NCBI GenBank assembly: GCA_030704615.1
Contig: CM060731.1
Location: 69,192,001 to 69,256,000 of the forward strand
Source of the DNA: Takakia lepidozioides
Lineage: Eukaryota; Plantae; Bryophyta
Direction of reading: 5' to 3'
DNA: 64,000 bases
Below the pieces are notes generated by a model that searched no databases, was not told the DNA's origin, and saw only the letters and a list, made by a program, of their open reading frames with translations. Position 1 is the first letter of the stretch, and each line of letters begins with the position of its first letter. Positions 1 to 12,723 of the stretch are shown here, piece after piece. Both the position numbers and the translations under genes were made by a program.

Positions 1-217
1 TACCCACAGGGTAATGGGCAGGCAGAGGCTACCAACAAAATACTATGTACTATCTTGGCTAAGATAATCAATGCAAACAGAACGGATTGGGATACAAAGC
101 TGCTGACAGCTTTGTGGTCATACAGGACTTCATATAAAGTCACCAGTAAGTATACACCATTCCAATTAGTTTATGGTATGGAAGCCTTACTTCCAGTGGA
201 ATTCCTGTTACCTACCA
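1..217 (+). mobile_element. Ty3/gypsy integrase core fragment (runs off the window start, truncated at ~217)
   Basis: Frame 1 reads YPQGNGQAEATNKILCTILAKII...DWDTKLLTALWSYRTSYKVTSKYTPFQLVYGMEALLP, matching the rve integrase pattern YHPQxNGQxE...W...L..ALWAYRT...TPF.LVYG. Confidence 0.9.
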
Positions 218-1231
218 TGAGAACGGAGTGGGGAACTCCGCCGATTTTCCATCCGGGGCCGGTCGGATGCAGTCGGCTCGGGGGGGAGAGGTCGTCATCT
301 GGCCGTCAGAGAACATCCCCTGGATGGAAATTCGGCGCCGAATTTCCATCCGGGGCCGGTCGGATGAAGTCTGCTAGGGGGAAGAGGCCGGCAGCGGGCC
401 GACAGAGAACATTCGGCGCCGAATTTCCATCCGAGGCCGCCCTTAGGAAGTCGTCTCGGGGAGAGAGGCCGACAGAGAACATCCCCAGCATGGAAATTCG
501 GCGCCGGTTTTCCATCTTGCAGGGCACCAGTTTACTTGCAAGATGGAAATTCGGCGCGGAATTTCCATCCTGCGGGTAAGCAATATCGCAGCCCGATGCA
601 AAACCGGCGCCGAATTCCAACCTTGCAAGTAAACTGCTGCCCTGCAGGATGGAAAACCGGCGCCGAATTTCCATTCGGCATGTAATCGGGAACGCGGCCG
701 GATGGAAATTCGGCAACAAATTTCCATGTAGGAAGTAAGCGGGACGGAAAAGCGGTAAGGAATTTATCTGTAGCAGACAAGAATTCCTTGAAAAACGTGG
801 CTAAAAGTGGAGTTCAGCCACAAAACTAGAGGTTTTGTGTCTGATTAGACCCAAAAACACGTAAAACTGCATGCAAGGACAGAAAAATTGTTCCTGAACG
901 GGCCCCAAACGCAAACATCCGGCCGGCGTCGGATGGAAATTCGGCGCCGAATTTCCATCCGGAGGATGGTCTCCATCCGCCCGGTGCCGGCTTCTCCCCT
1001 TCAGCCGACTTCATCCGGGCGGCACCGCATGGAAATTCGGCGCCGAATTTCCATCCGGTGGCTGATCTTTGTCGGCAACGTGTCCGCCTACGGGGGGCCC
1101 CGGATGGAAATTCGGCGCTGAATTTCCATCCGGGGGATGGTCTCCGTCTGCCCAGTGCCGGCTTCTCCCCTTCAGCCGACTTCATCCGGGCGGCACCGCA
1201 TGGAAATTCGGCGCCGAATTTCGTCCTTACA
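218..1231. repeat. GC-rich repeat built from ~11 copies of the 30-bp palindrome GGATGGAAATTCGGCGCCGAATTTCCATCC; possibly an LTR or foldback element
   Basis: Perfect copies at 322-351 and 931-960; variants near 411, 490, 542, 595, 647, 700, 1028, 1102 and 1199. The left block (~240-490) and right block (~920-1225) are inverted homologues. Candidate ends TG(218)...CA(1231), but no matching TSD. Confidence 0.75.
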
Positions 1232-1945
1232 TTTTCATGTTTATTTCTGCAAGTTATTGGTTGAGTGAACCATTGATAGTTTGCAATGCGTGTGATTGTT
1301 AGGCTGCTTCGGCATGTGATTGTTAGGCATTCATTGGGTTTGTTTTCATTGTTGGTCCACGATTGTTGCGATGGTGGTTTAGGTTGCCATGGTGGTTCTG
1401 ACGATTGTTGGGGATGACAGAGTGAAGACGAGCGCGACACACTGGTGGTATCATCGACAGCTCCAACTGCTCGAGCAGTCACTCCAAAAGCAGCTAGTGG
1501 GCAACAGTCGTCGAAGGTAGTGCTTACTTATATGTGCAATTTGGACGCTGTTCCCAGCTATGCCCGCCCTATGCTTCGCAAGCAGTTATCAGAGAAAAAC
1601 TTCACACGGTTTTTGCTGCAGCCCCCCCCTCTCTTCTCATAATGGGGACTGCCTTCAGCATGTGTACTCCATGATCACTATGCTCCACAATCCACCTTGA
1701 GGTCCAAAGCCTCGGGCAAAACAGAACAAGTCTTACCCAAGAAAAGAAGTTTACCGTCAACAACTACGAGCTAATTTGTCTGCACAACTGCAGCTCCTTC
1801 TTTGTATATACAGAGCCTACGAGGCTGTCCAAACCTCCATCTCGCCTCTTATTTGGCATCCTGTGTGCCTCCCGTGCACAACATCGTACCGGACTACAAA
1901 CGAAATGAGCAACAATGACTTCTATCTTAACCACTCATTATGAGT

Positions 1946-2394
1946 TGTGCTTTCCCTACTTCAAATATCATCGACATAGTACTAACATAAAAGAAATCTA
2001 TCTAGCTTAGCACTACCAAAACTAGATAGCTCATCTCTCTCGAGTGATTGGAAACCAGAGTCACACTGTTGACACAATGACATGAAATACAACACCATCA
2101 CTCGTTAAACTAAGAGTCAAGCCAGGGGCACCCCAAGCTATGGGGACTCCCCCCCACAACATCCTATTCTCCCTTCATAAGCACACTCAGATTCTAAGCA
2201 GTGAAGGAGCTCGGTCGTGCAGGCTCAACTCGAGAGAGATGAGCCGCACGATTGACGCTCTCGTGAAGATAAGATGGTTCAGGTGTCAAGCTAAACTTGA
2301 CACCTAACTTAACACTTGAACTAAATCCAAGTGTTAAATACAAATAACTAGCTTTATTCTAGTTAGTTTCACACTGTGTTTATTTAACTTGACA
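1946..2394. mobile_element. Solo LTR (449 bp)
   Basis: TG...CA ends, flanked by a 5-bp direct repeat TGAGT (1941-1945 and 2395-2399). 135 bp from one end recur inverted at 62633-62768. Confidence 0.8.
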
Positions 2395-2678
2395 TGAGTA
2401 AATTGTCTGCAATCTTCTTCATGGAAGTTTTTCTCAACTGCAGCCCAAGCATTTCTTCTCTACTCACATGTAACAGTTCTATATCCTTCCAATTAAAAAA
2501 TTGCTAAAGAGCCCGGCCACCACATGCCTCCCATTGATTGTATTTTTTGTCATCGTTTTTCACAAGGGGAAAACCTGGAAATAACCACTCATAATCTATC
2601 CCTTAAACTAGAGTAGTTCAAGGTAACCTCACCATGACGCAACCCACTATTCAGTTCCAATTTGCTCGACGTAAAAAC

Positions 2679-3615
2679 CAGTGTTGGGCGGGTTTGATTA
2701 CCTGATATTGATATATATATACCCTGGTGTGGCAAGTTTAGGTACTTGGATGTATACCCATACATTAGGGTATATTTTTATGATATACCCTTATCCTTAT
2801 ATTTACCCTGCATCAAGATGTCCAATATACCCTTATTTTCTCAAGGGTATATGTTAAAATGAAGGGAATCTAATTATGATATATAAGGTAACATAGCCGC
2901 GACGGTAGCATTCGACGGCGGTAGCATAGCAATGGCAGTAGCATTCGAGATGACATTTAGTGCGGAGGTACTTTTAGGGAATCTCGCCCATCTAGCAAAA
3001 TCTAGTAGTTTTTTTTCTATGCAGAATAAGGGAGGGATTTTTTTTGGGACATAAGACTAGTACCCTATGACCTTTATGTGCTAGGTCTTCTCTCTTTTTG
3101 TTGTGTTGTTAAGGATCCTTCAGCTGTAAGAAAGCTCCAATCACAACTAAAAAAAATGTTACATATCTATCATTCCTAAAATGCCATATAACCCAACAGA
3201 AACCTCTTCAGATCCTGCATATATATTTTTGAATCTCAAGCCTCCTTCCTCTTGCATTGGGAATTAAAGCGAAAATATTATGCAATATCTCATCAATTTT
3301 GTCTTTTGCCATTAGATTGTTTCTTTTGTTTTGTATTGAAAAACATCACAATTTTAAAAACCATTAAATTATATATTGATTTAAATAATTATCCATACCC
3401 GGAAACTATCCATACCCTTAGGGTATATTTTGGGATATATATCCTTACCCGGGGATTATATAGAAATCTGAAAAGTTCATTCACCAATACCCGGAGGGTA
3501 AATAAATTTTTGATATTTCAATTTATCCATATCCAGAGGGTATTAAATGATTTGACAAAAATAATTTACTTATATCCTAAGGGTATATTGAAATCAATAT
3601 ACCCGCCCAACACTG
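2679..3615. mobile_element. Non-autonomous hAT-type element (MITE-like)
   Basis: 15-bp TIR CAGTGTTGGGCGGGT / ACCCGCCCAACACTG; 8-bp TSD GTAAAAAC (2671-2678 and 3616-3623); many subterminal TACCC/GGGTA motifs. Confidence 0.92.
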
Positions 3616-3908
3616 GTAAAAACCTAGCTAGTGTAGTTTTGGTGGGCTTTAAATGGCATAAAATCCCGCTTGTCCTGTTACGCCGTGGAGCCCATGGGCT
3701 GGGGTATGTAATCTCAGATTACGGGCAGATAGGTAGGTAGTTTTCTTTTCACACGGTCTACAATGCAATTTTTACATGAGTTAAAGTCCTCAGTCCTGTA
3801 ATTTGGGCTTTACGCGAATCAATATTTCCACACCCTTGGGCTGCCGCCCTCGGGGCTATGGAATCTTTAAATCGCATAAAGCCCTCATTGCAGGACTTTA
3901 CCTAATAC
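3616..3908. repeat. Unclassified dispersed repeat; inverted copy at ~14447-14699
   Basis: GTAAAAACCTAGCTAGTGTAGTTTTGG...GCCCTCATTGCAGGACTTTACCTAATAC aligns by eye to the reverse complement of 14447-14699. That copy has a single GTAAAAAC, i.e. the empty hAT site. Confidence 0.85.
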
Positions 3909-3946
3909 ATCATCTCAAGTTGGTTTCTTAGATTTACCTGAGAATG

Positions 3947-5318
3947 CATTCCAAAACCATCTGGCACATCCATCATCCCATCATCACCACCCCGATGGCA
4001 ACCTTATCGCCGCCATTATCCAACTCGCACTATCTAACTCCCACCCCATCCACATTCATAAAGTTCGCTCGCACACTGGGATAAATGGCAACGAAGCTGC
4101 CGACTTACTAGCCCAAGCCGGCACCGCCGAGCCCCCTATACTCCCATCCTCTAACCCTGTTCACATTGCCCACACTCACCCATTCTGGTTTGTTCACCCC
4201 ATCCCAGGACCACCTGCACTTATACCTATCCGCAACCTGCTAGCCACTCTCACCTGGGAGGCTAACAAACAAGCCGTCGCCTCAATCAGCCATACTAAAA
4301 TCCATATACAAAAATGGACACAATCCTCCATACTCCACCATAAACTCTCAAATCACTTCTGGCACACCAAAATCACCAACGATGCACAAATTCGACAAAC
4401 CCTCAAATTCAGATACGCCCAGTACATGGGTCACCAACGTAAACACATTTTTGGCCGCGTCTCTTCACATCCCCATACTGCCCCCTGTGCTCCAACACCC
4501 ACCAGGAACGAGACACCTGGCCACACCTACTTAGCCAATGCACACACCCCATTATACACGGCCTACACATCACCCGCCATAACCAAGCAGTTTGGCACAT
4601 CCACAAATTACTCCTTAGTCGTGCCGAAACCAGATGGTACACACTCCTCAATGCCGGCACATACCAAGGCCGACCACCTGACCACACGGTCGCACCCTGG
4701 CTGCATATGTACCTCTTAAACATGCGCCTGCCTTGCTAGACTATGTCCGGACATCCTATTGGTGCAAGGCTTGCCCACAAAAGTCTTACCCCCCATCACA
4801 CCCACCACATCATTCACTATACACTTCATCAAATTCACATTCTGCCATGACCGCTATCCACAAGACGCTATCCTAGAGAAAAGACAAAAATATGCACCAG
4901 CACTGGTCCCCTCACCGTCATCACAGCAGGCACTAGAGGCGACATCCACAATGCCAGCATTAAAGACCTGCACAAAAATCTTCACATCCCAATCCCCCCA
5001 ATCCACAAATGCTTCCAAGCTAGTCACCTCACAGCTCTTCGCTTTCTCACCACCATTATCACCAATAAAAGAAAACTGGAATCCAACTCCACTGCATTAC
5101 CCCAGGCACCCGGGGCCCTCCCCTGGGTACCCCCCAGGGAGGAGTAAACCCCTCCCTGCTCCCACTACCCACCCGTGCATACCCACCTCTGGTTACTAGG
5201 TGCCCGGCCGGGTACCGGTTTTATCATAGGGCCCACCCCCGACAGGGGGCAGTAGCCGCAAGGCAAAGTGGCTCTTAGTTACGCTGGCTCCAGCTGGAGT
5301 CTACTGTCTCTCTCTCTC
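3947..5318 (+). mobile_element. 3' part of a decayed LINE with RNase H and a restriction-like endonuclease (Dualen/RandI-like)
   Basis: IHIHKVRSHTGINGNEAADLLA (RNase H C-half); HLLSQC...HITRHNQAV and PDILL...IKFTFCHD...EKRQKY (RLE-type motifs); frameshifts; structured 3' tail ending in (CT)n. Confidence 0.75.
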
Positions 5319-5952
5319 TGCTAGTTGCTTCAGAGTCTGGATTTGGTCTTCCACTATTTCCAAAGGCTCGAAAAGCAGCTTATAACCATTGTTACCGGGA
5401 GCGTCAAATTGTAGAATGAGCTTGACACATGCAAATCCATCTGGCAACATCGAGCTAGGTGTTATCAAAGCCAGATGACAATAGTGGAAAAATCAATTGA
5501 GCCTGATCATGACAATTGATTGTATAGCATATTCTGAATTTTGAAACACAGAAGCACCATAAATGTGAACGCGGCGCCGAAGCAGGCGAAAATTATGGTA
5601 TCACTTGACCCCAAAGGACTACTGCCTTCTAGTGGAAGGTGGACACCTATATGACATCCAACATGTGATATGAACCACAACCACTAGTGAGGCGTGGCTT
5701 GTGCCCTTACCGCCAGAATTAATATTAGTTGTCTAGAAGTACAACACTAGTACTAGGACAACATATGCCTTTAACCAAGATGGAGAATTTTTTGTACACC
5801 GACAATCCTACAATACCCTACAACAATCATACCAGGCAAAACTCCACATTAAACATGCCACATCGGTTGTAGCTACTGTAATGGAAATTGTAGAAGAGTT
5901 TCCTAGTGAGAACTTTCACTAATGGAAACTCAATATGAATATTTTGATGGAG

Positions 5953-6388
5953 AAATGGAAAAGTGAGGTGAGACTGTCTGTAAAATATAATGAGGGGGGG
6001 GGGGGGGGGTGCGTCTAGGCTTGATATGGCTTCATAGATAGCCATAAGTTCTGCTCGTGTACTTGTATAAGTAGTTTGTGAAGATCATGGAGGAAAGGAG
6101 GGGAATTGTAGGCCGAGATGGGGTTTAGTATTAATAAGATGAGAGTTAGGGATGGTTCCTTCTGCTAGAGGTATTTAAGGAGAGGGGGTATGTGTATATT
6201 TAAGTTGATTTGGTTCAATGGTTGCTATAAGATGAGTGCCCGCGGGAAGACGTAGGAGGGGATGGGAGTCATCAGGCGAGTTTTGTTGGGTGAGAATAAA
6301 TATGGTGAGGTTGGTACGGGAAGCCTTAGCAGCCAGGCGCGCCCATTGGAGAGCTTCGTGTGTCGCAAGCCCTGGTGGGGGGTGGGCA
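5953..6388 (-). mobile_element. 5' piece of the same LINE (RNase H N-half), displaced by an inversion
   Basis: Minus strand reads TRAELMAIYEAI...LIIF/TDSLTSLFH. It abuts TGCTAGTTGCTTC (minus strand 6401-6389), the same 13-mer that follows the LINE tail at 5319-5331. Confidence 0.75.
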
Positions 6389-9300
6389 GAAGCAACTAGC
6401 AATCCCTCGTATGATTTGATTACTCCACTCGCTTCTATATTATCTTTTTCCACAACCTCGGTCTCCACCTCCCATTGTAAAATTGGAACCACATGGGCCA
6501 TGGAGGGTCTCCTTTCTCCTTCAATTTGCAAACACAAGAGAGCTACGTTTATCACATGTTGTACTTCCACCACCTCATCGCTAGTGAAGTGTGTTAATGA
6601 CAAGACCCATTGTGTGGCATTTATTCTGCAATTTAGCGAGGCCTACACGCCAACAAATAACTTGGTCATTACATGCCACTAAGAATTTGGATTTTCAACC
6701 ATTCCAATCTCTTAATTCGTACTTAAGAAATTTGAAAACATATGGTCTCTACCTAATTGAATCAACCTCCTTCATTCCATTCACTCTGTACATAGATCCT
6801 GAGTTCATTGAATATGCATGTGCGCCAAAACTTCAAAGGTTGTGGTAATTTATACCTAGGACTGGCTTTGATAAGGGCATGATACTGGCATTGATAGGGA
6901 AGAAGTGATCAATCTGCTCTTAGGTTAGCAGCCTGTGTCTATTGCGAGTCTATTTTACTCGTGTGTCTATTACGAGTCTATTTTACCACAACAGTACTCT
7001 TGATTGGTGGTGACATTACGGAAGCCGGTCTACTCAATGACCACAGTTCATACATAAGAGATAAGAGGCCTACTCTTTGCAAAAGATACATCTCGTCCGG
7101 AGGCAACTTGGGATCTATGTTTTTTTTTTCCACTTACAACTTCGAGCAAAAGAACCCCATTAAAGCTGAAAACATCAGCTTTCTATGGGTGTTGGCCACA
7201 AGTTGCATACTTAGGTGCTAAATAGCCCCTGCACAAATTAACCCAATAGATGGATCAAATTTCTTAGTAGCGTCGTTTATGTGTGGAGCACATTTTCTTG
7301 CACTTGCGCCAACATTATTTAAGCCTAGGGATAATAATCTTCAATCTTTTCGACGATGTCTGCAGATGTACTACACCAGTAGAAAAAGAATAGTGCACTG
7401 AGAAACAGTAGGGATTGAATTGAAGAAGATGAACTGATATTGTGCCAGTGACATGCACGGTGGTGATGTGGATTTTTCGTCAGGAAACAAGTTCTTGTCA
7501 GTTCATAAGTTCAGGAACAGGAAATAAGTTCTTGTCAAGCAGAATGTTACTTGCCTTCATGTCTCGATGTATGATTCGTCGTGAAGCAATCTTGTGAAGA
7601 TAAAATAAACCACGAGCAACTCCTTGTGGCCGTGTGAAAAAAAGAGGCTATGGAAATACCTTAGCACGAAATTACCAGAATTACCCTTCCATTCCGCACA
7701 TGCTTCCCTGCAGCGGAAGAGAAAGAACAGCCTTATGCTCATTTTCCTTCGTCCTTGAGACCAATGATTACATATGCCAAGTAGGCCTTCATGAATGAAC
7801 AGCAAAATCCGAAGACAGTAATGGCATGCCCGTGGTAGTTATCAAATACAAGTACCTCAATGGCTTTTCTTCATCACTTGATCTTGATCTAGTGAGCCAT
7901 GGAAGTGCTCTCAATCTCTGTCTGTCTCTCTTAATTCTTTTCTTTCCTCATTCCTTTTACATTCAAGATGTACCTCCATGGTAGGTCCAAGCCTCCATGT
8001 TTCGCTTATTGGAATCGGGACACGATGACCATCACTGGAAAACGGTCACTATCTGCTGAATAGTGCAAGATGGAAGGGAGAATACCACTGCAATGCCAAC
8101 GGTACTGCCTACCACAAAGATAACCACATCACTACACAAACAGAGACTCAAAGAATCAAACCCTAATGACATCCCCATGATATTCAGACCTCCACCAGCT
8201 CAAAGCTATAATATCCACCTCAAAGTACAATCTGCAACTCCAGATTACATCAGCAGAAAGGCCAAAGCCCTAAAATCTTACTCGAGACCAACGTAGTTCA
8301 TTCATTTGTCTCTTGTTCAGACCATCATCACCATCCTTTCCAAAGATCGTCCTTACTTCATTCCCTCACCCTCAACTCCATTCCTGTCCCACTCTCTCTT
8401 ATGTTTCAAAATGGGGAACTCTACCTCTCCACCACAAGCCCGGCCATCTGCTCTTTTTATCTCGTCTAAAGAAATCTCTCACACAGGGCTGAAAAGTCCA
8501 AACATTTTGGTCTGAGATCAGTAGTTGTGGGAAGAGAAATACATCGTGGAAAACTAGACCATATATAACCCTTCATGAGAGCAGCCATGACTAGTTGGAT
8601 GGCTGAAACTATTCACTACTTTGGAAAGCGAACACACATTGTGGGAACAGAGGTCACCCCACTTCCTCCAACCACAACATGAATTACGGCAGATACAAAT
8701 CAGAAACAGCCTCGCAACAAAGCCCTTGGTCTACCTATTACCCATAAGCAATGAGAGAGACATGCACAAAGCAAACCAAAATAGACTTCATAGGATTTGC
8801 AGAGACAAGACTAAGTACTAAGTGGCCTCCATTTTCAATTAGAAAACCAAAATACAACCCAAATACAGCTATGTTAAGCTCCAAGGAAAACAATCATCAT
8901 CTGCCTCTAAAAAGCAGCAAAAGGATCCATTCTACTACCAGCCAGCCGACTAGGTAGTATTATCCCGCCCATCTGTCCATCAAGGATCGCCGCCCAAGGC
9001 CCGAGCCCTCCGACAGACTTCATGAATTTTCTGGTACCAAATCCTTCCATCTCTAGCAGTCTAAAACAGAATGCAACCAAGGTGCTCTAAAGGTTAATGG
9101 TCAAGAATAAAGGAGCGTCGCCCTCTTCACTGAAAATCCCTAGCTCAAGCTGGCTCGTGCAATAAACCTCAAACTCGGAGCATGAGTACTCATAGCAAGA
9201 GTGACTCCTCGATTCGCGCCTGCCATATGTTACTACAACAGGACTAGCCTAGGATGAAGCTTCCAACCACAAGAATGCAGTTTAATTACATTTACAAAAA

Positions 9301-10130
9301 TCATCGGCTTAAAGAAAATCCCACAAGCAAAAATAAAACAGACCCATATATTTGCACCACATCCTAGACAAATATTGGATCGTACCGGCCAGTTCATAAT
9401 CTGGTTACCTTTGCCTTGTGTAAAAACATTGTGAAGGTCAACTGCTTGCTTGAGAACTTAATTGGGACTTCATTGGTGCCCCCCTTCTCCCTGTCTCATA
9501 AATCTCTTCATCTCATCTCAATGCTTCATGATGAATATAGGATTTGGTTTTAGTATCCATGCATGTTGGACAACAAGATTTACCATACAATATAATTCAT
9601 GAAATAAACACAAAACATATCTTCAAATAATTCAAGCATGAAGTATCACCCAGATCCAGTGAACTAACCAAATAGTGTCTCAGCAAGATTGTACTTCTCA
9701 ACATATAAATCAGAAGCCTTATGTTCTCACGTAGGCAACAACCTTTTAATTTCTCCATATTCCGGTGTTTCATTCCAGTGATAAGGACAAATTAAAAAAC
9801 TCGTCAATGCTTTGTTGGGTCTTACTGAATAATTGCTTCACTACCACCTCACTTCCATTTGCAAGTATTCCCTGCTAGGATATCAGTGAGGATGTTCAGT
9901 TAAAGAAAAGCTAGGACTGTGTACATTGTACAACTCTTCATTGCTACTTCATTTGCCATTTGACCGCATATTTTCTTTATGGAAAAGTTGAAGTAACCTA
10001 TTAAGCTGAGGGAGATGCTATAGAGGTCACAAGGAACTTGTACCTTATACATAGTACCATAGCTCCCTTGACATAGCTCCTAGGTTCATGTCCTTAGGAG
10101 GTTCAATATCAAGAATAAGGGGATCTCCTA
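6389..10130 (-). pseudogene. Receptor-like Ser/Thr kinase pseudogene (kinase-domain exons; many stops and frameshifts; TE-interrupted)
   Basis: Ordered subdomains on the minus strand: QGSYGTMYK (~10070), GILANGSEVVVKQL...GMKHRNMEKLKGCC (9872-9700), [20 protein letters not shown]...[16 protein letters not shown] (9400/7620-7530), KADVFSF.GVLLLEVVSG (~7180), INVALLCLQIEGERRPSMAHVV (~6550). Confidence 0.85.
7625..9361. mobile_element. 1737-bp solo-LTR-like insertion inside a kinase exon
   Basis: TGTGG...CCACA termini; 4-bp TSD TCCT (7621-7624 and 9362-9365). Removing the insert and one TSD restores ICLG-VARGL in frame. Confidence 0.8.
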
Positions 10131-11749
10131 TTCAGAATCCTACAAATGGAATACATATAGGAGGTTGAAATGAATGCATGTATAAGTTTCCAAAATGGTA
10201 TGCAATGTCATTGTAACAATATCGATACCTAAGTTAATTATATGTTGTCTACAGTAAGCCCTCTTAAGGATGACATTTATTCTAGACACCTATTATGAAC
10301 ACAGGAGTCCCCTTGATGTTTTTAAGAGATATACTACAACATTAGGTCATAATTTCACCTAGAATTATTATACATACGAATTAGACCTACTAAATAAAGT
10401 TAGATTGGCTCAAGCAAGTAGACATGATGTATAATTGTTAATATCTCAAGGAATCAATTTGCACGGGTTGAAAATCTTACAAAATCTCCAGTTGTGCAGG
10501 AAGGGAGGCCAAAGTATATGGAAATGAACCGAATAAATCACTTGCTCTTAGTGCTCTGCAACAATCCATACAATTAGAGTAAGCTCAAACTCTATCTCGA
10601 AGCAAATGATGCACAAAAACTGCTCTTACATCCTATTTCAACCTTAGTAGCTTCATTGTTAGGTTATATGTAGTTGTGACTAATGCTTGACTAACTATCA
10701 CGGTCACATGAAAATAGTGTTTAATCTAGGATAACAGGGAATTTCACCAAGTTTCTTATATAGAAACAGTGCTCGCCATTACATAGGCCGTGATAGACCA
10801 TGTCATGAAACCATAAATGATCCATAACTAATAATGCCGACTCCCAAATTTGAAAAGATGCGTAAAGGATTAGAAATTCAATATAGTAGTATCTCTTACG
10901 CATGATATATAAAACATAACTTCCAGGAACACCTAGCTTACCATATCACAACTAAGTCTGATAAAACCAAGTGGCCTGGGAAGCACTCACAGTGTCTTTA
11001 TAAGTTGAGTAGATCCAAAGAGCCAAGCAAGAATCTCCCTTGAGTTAAACTTGTTGAGACTCGGATACCTATAGGAAGTGAGCACATTCGCTAGTTTATT
11101 TTGATGAGGTAAATGAGATCACAACTGCATTTCAGTATTGCACAAAGGTTTTCCTTCATTTCACTTCGAAATCAGAGGCAAGCTTTTTAGGTTGTTTCAT
11201 TGTTTAGAAACTTGTCAGTCTAAGCTTTAATACACATATAACAATTTATCACTCAAAATCAAAGGAACAACTGAGAGCTACAACTGCGCAGTCTAACACG
11301 TCTCATCTACGAAAAGTACTTCAAATTTATATTTTATACCACCCCTTAGAGAGGTAGGATCTCAAGAGTTCAAACATGAGACAAATGCTTTGCCATCCTC
11401 AACCATGAACAACTGAAGTTTAAGAGAATTAAGGTGCTCATTAGTTTTTGTTTTTGTCTATATTGTTGATCAACATTTTAATGTTATGTTTGTATAGATT
11501 TCTGATTCTAGTTTGGAAGGTGTCATCCTATCTATCACTAATATAGATTCACTGGTTACAAAGTCTGCACTTGGAATTCATCGATGATATAAGTTGGTCT
11601 TCAACCAAATTTAGCAAGTCATCAAATGACTATGGTCAATAAGTACATATACACACAGTGATCTATGAACTGCCCGACTTCGGATGAAGCCCTGTGAAGT
11701 CAAAACTCATTGAAGGCTTTCAAAAGAACGTAGTTATAAAATAATACTA

Positions 11750-12570
11750 ATTTTGACTATGGATGAAAAAAGATATCAAGGATTACATGGATAGATGATT
11801 TCCCCATCAAATCTCAAATTCAAAAAGAATACATCATCTTGGAGTATTGCAACCACTCGACGTTTGTCATGGTCATTATAGATAAACGGTCTAACACATC
11901 ACTCTCTAAAAAATGACGGCCATTGCCTCTGTTGTAACATCATTATTTATGAAAGTGCCAATATATTTCGGCTACACAAGTTACCTTGTCAGATTATTTG
12001 ATTGTAAAGGGTGATAGTAAAAATGTCACAAACAACTCAAAAAAACGTCAAACAGATAGTCGAAAAACCCACTTCTTGTTGTAATGCTTGAACAGATCGG
12101 AGACAGGGGGGCCGGGGCAAGGCCGCATGGTTAGTATAGCGCCCAACTTGACCGCCCGTGTTGGGAGTCTAGTTGCTATACAACTGATGACAGTGGATGG
12201 GACCCTTTGGAACCTCTGTATAATGCCTGCCTACAATATTGTGATGCTGCTAGGTCCAAAAGAGATTAATTTGGTCAATGGGTTCTCATGATCGCGACTC
12301 ATAGCCCTTACTGACACATGTGCTTTCCAGACTCAAATTATCCAAGATACTCCCTGATTACTAAGGCTAAAAGCCACAAAGTCTGCACTGGCTGTATGTC
12401 TAGACTTCTTCCATTAACACCCAACTGGACAGACAAGGAAAGACTACCGGAAACAGATATGCGGAAAGATCGAGGAGTGGCAAGAGTGGCGAACAAAACC
12501 ATTGAAGATATGTTAAGAATGTATACATTTGGTCAAGGACAAGCTTCATGGAGCAATGTAACACCTATAT
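11750..12570 (+). mobile_element. Highly decayed Ty3/gypsy integrase remnant
   Basis: WMKKDIKDY..., HLGVLQPLD, VMVIIDK, VANKTIEDMLRMY...QASW. A partial duplicate lies at ~14170-14380. Confidence 0.6.
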
Positions 12571-12723
12571 GAGGGAGGTAATGCCCAAAATAAATTGAAA
12601 ATGAGGCAATAATAACATTGATAAGCCATGAAGGTTTAACAAGCTACTGGCCAACGACCCGAATGTCTCAACAGGATAAGCTAAAAAAAAAACACAGTAG
12701 ATCCGGCTATAATGTTTGTTTCG

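Noticed and set aside
322-1223. CRISPR array (30-bp palindromic repeats with spacers)
   Set aside because: Spacers are homologous to one another, spacing is irregular, there are no cas genes, and the context is eukaryotic TE sequence.
306-1482. Overlapping ORFs with repeated WKFGAEFPS / MEIRRRISI peptides
   Set aside because: Artefacts of translating the palindromic repeat in several frames.
3252-3740. 162-aa ORF
   Set aside because: Spans an AT-rich MITE and its junction; low-complexity, with no protein motif.
5226-5300. Hammerhead or other self-cleaving ribozyme in the LINE tail
   Set aside because: Hairpins are present but the CUGANGA...GAAA core is not, and no other ribozyme consensus could be matched by eye.
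8040-8220. Hydrophobic minus-strand stretch as the transmembrane segment of the RLK
   Set aside because: It lies inside the 7625-9361 insertion and in the wrong order relative to the kinase subdomains.
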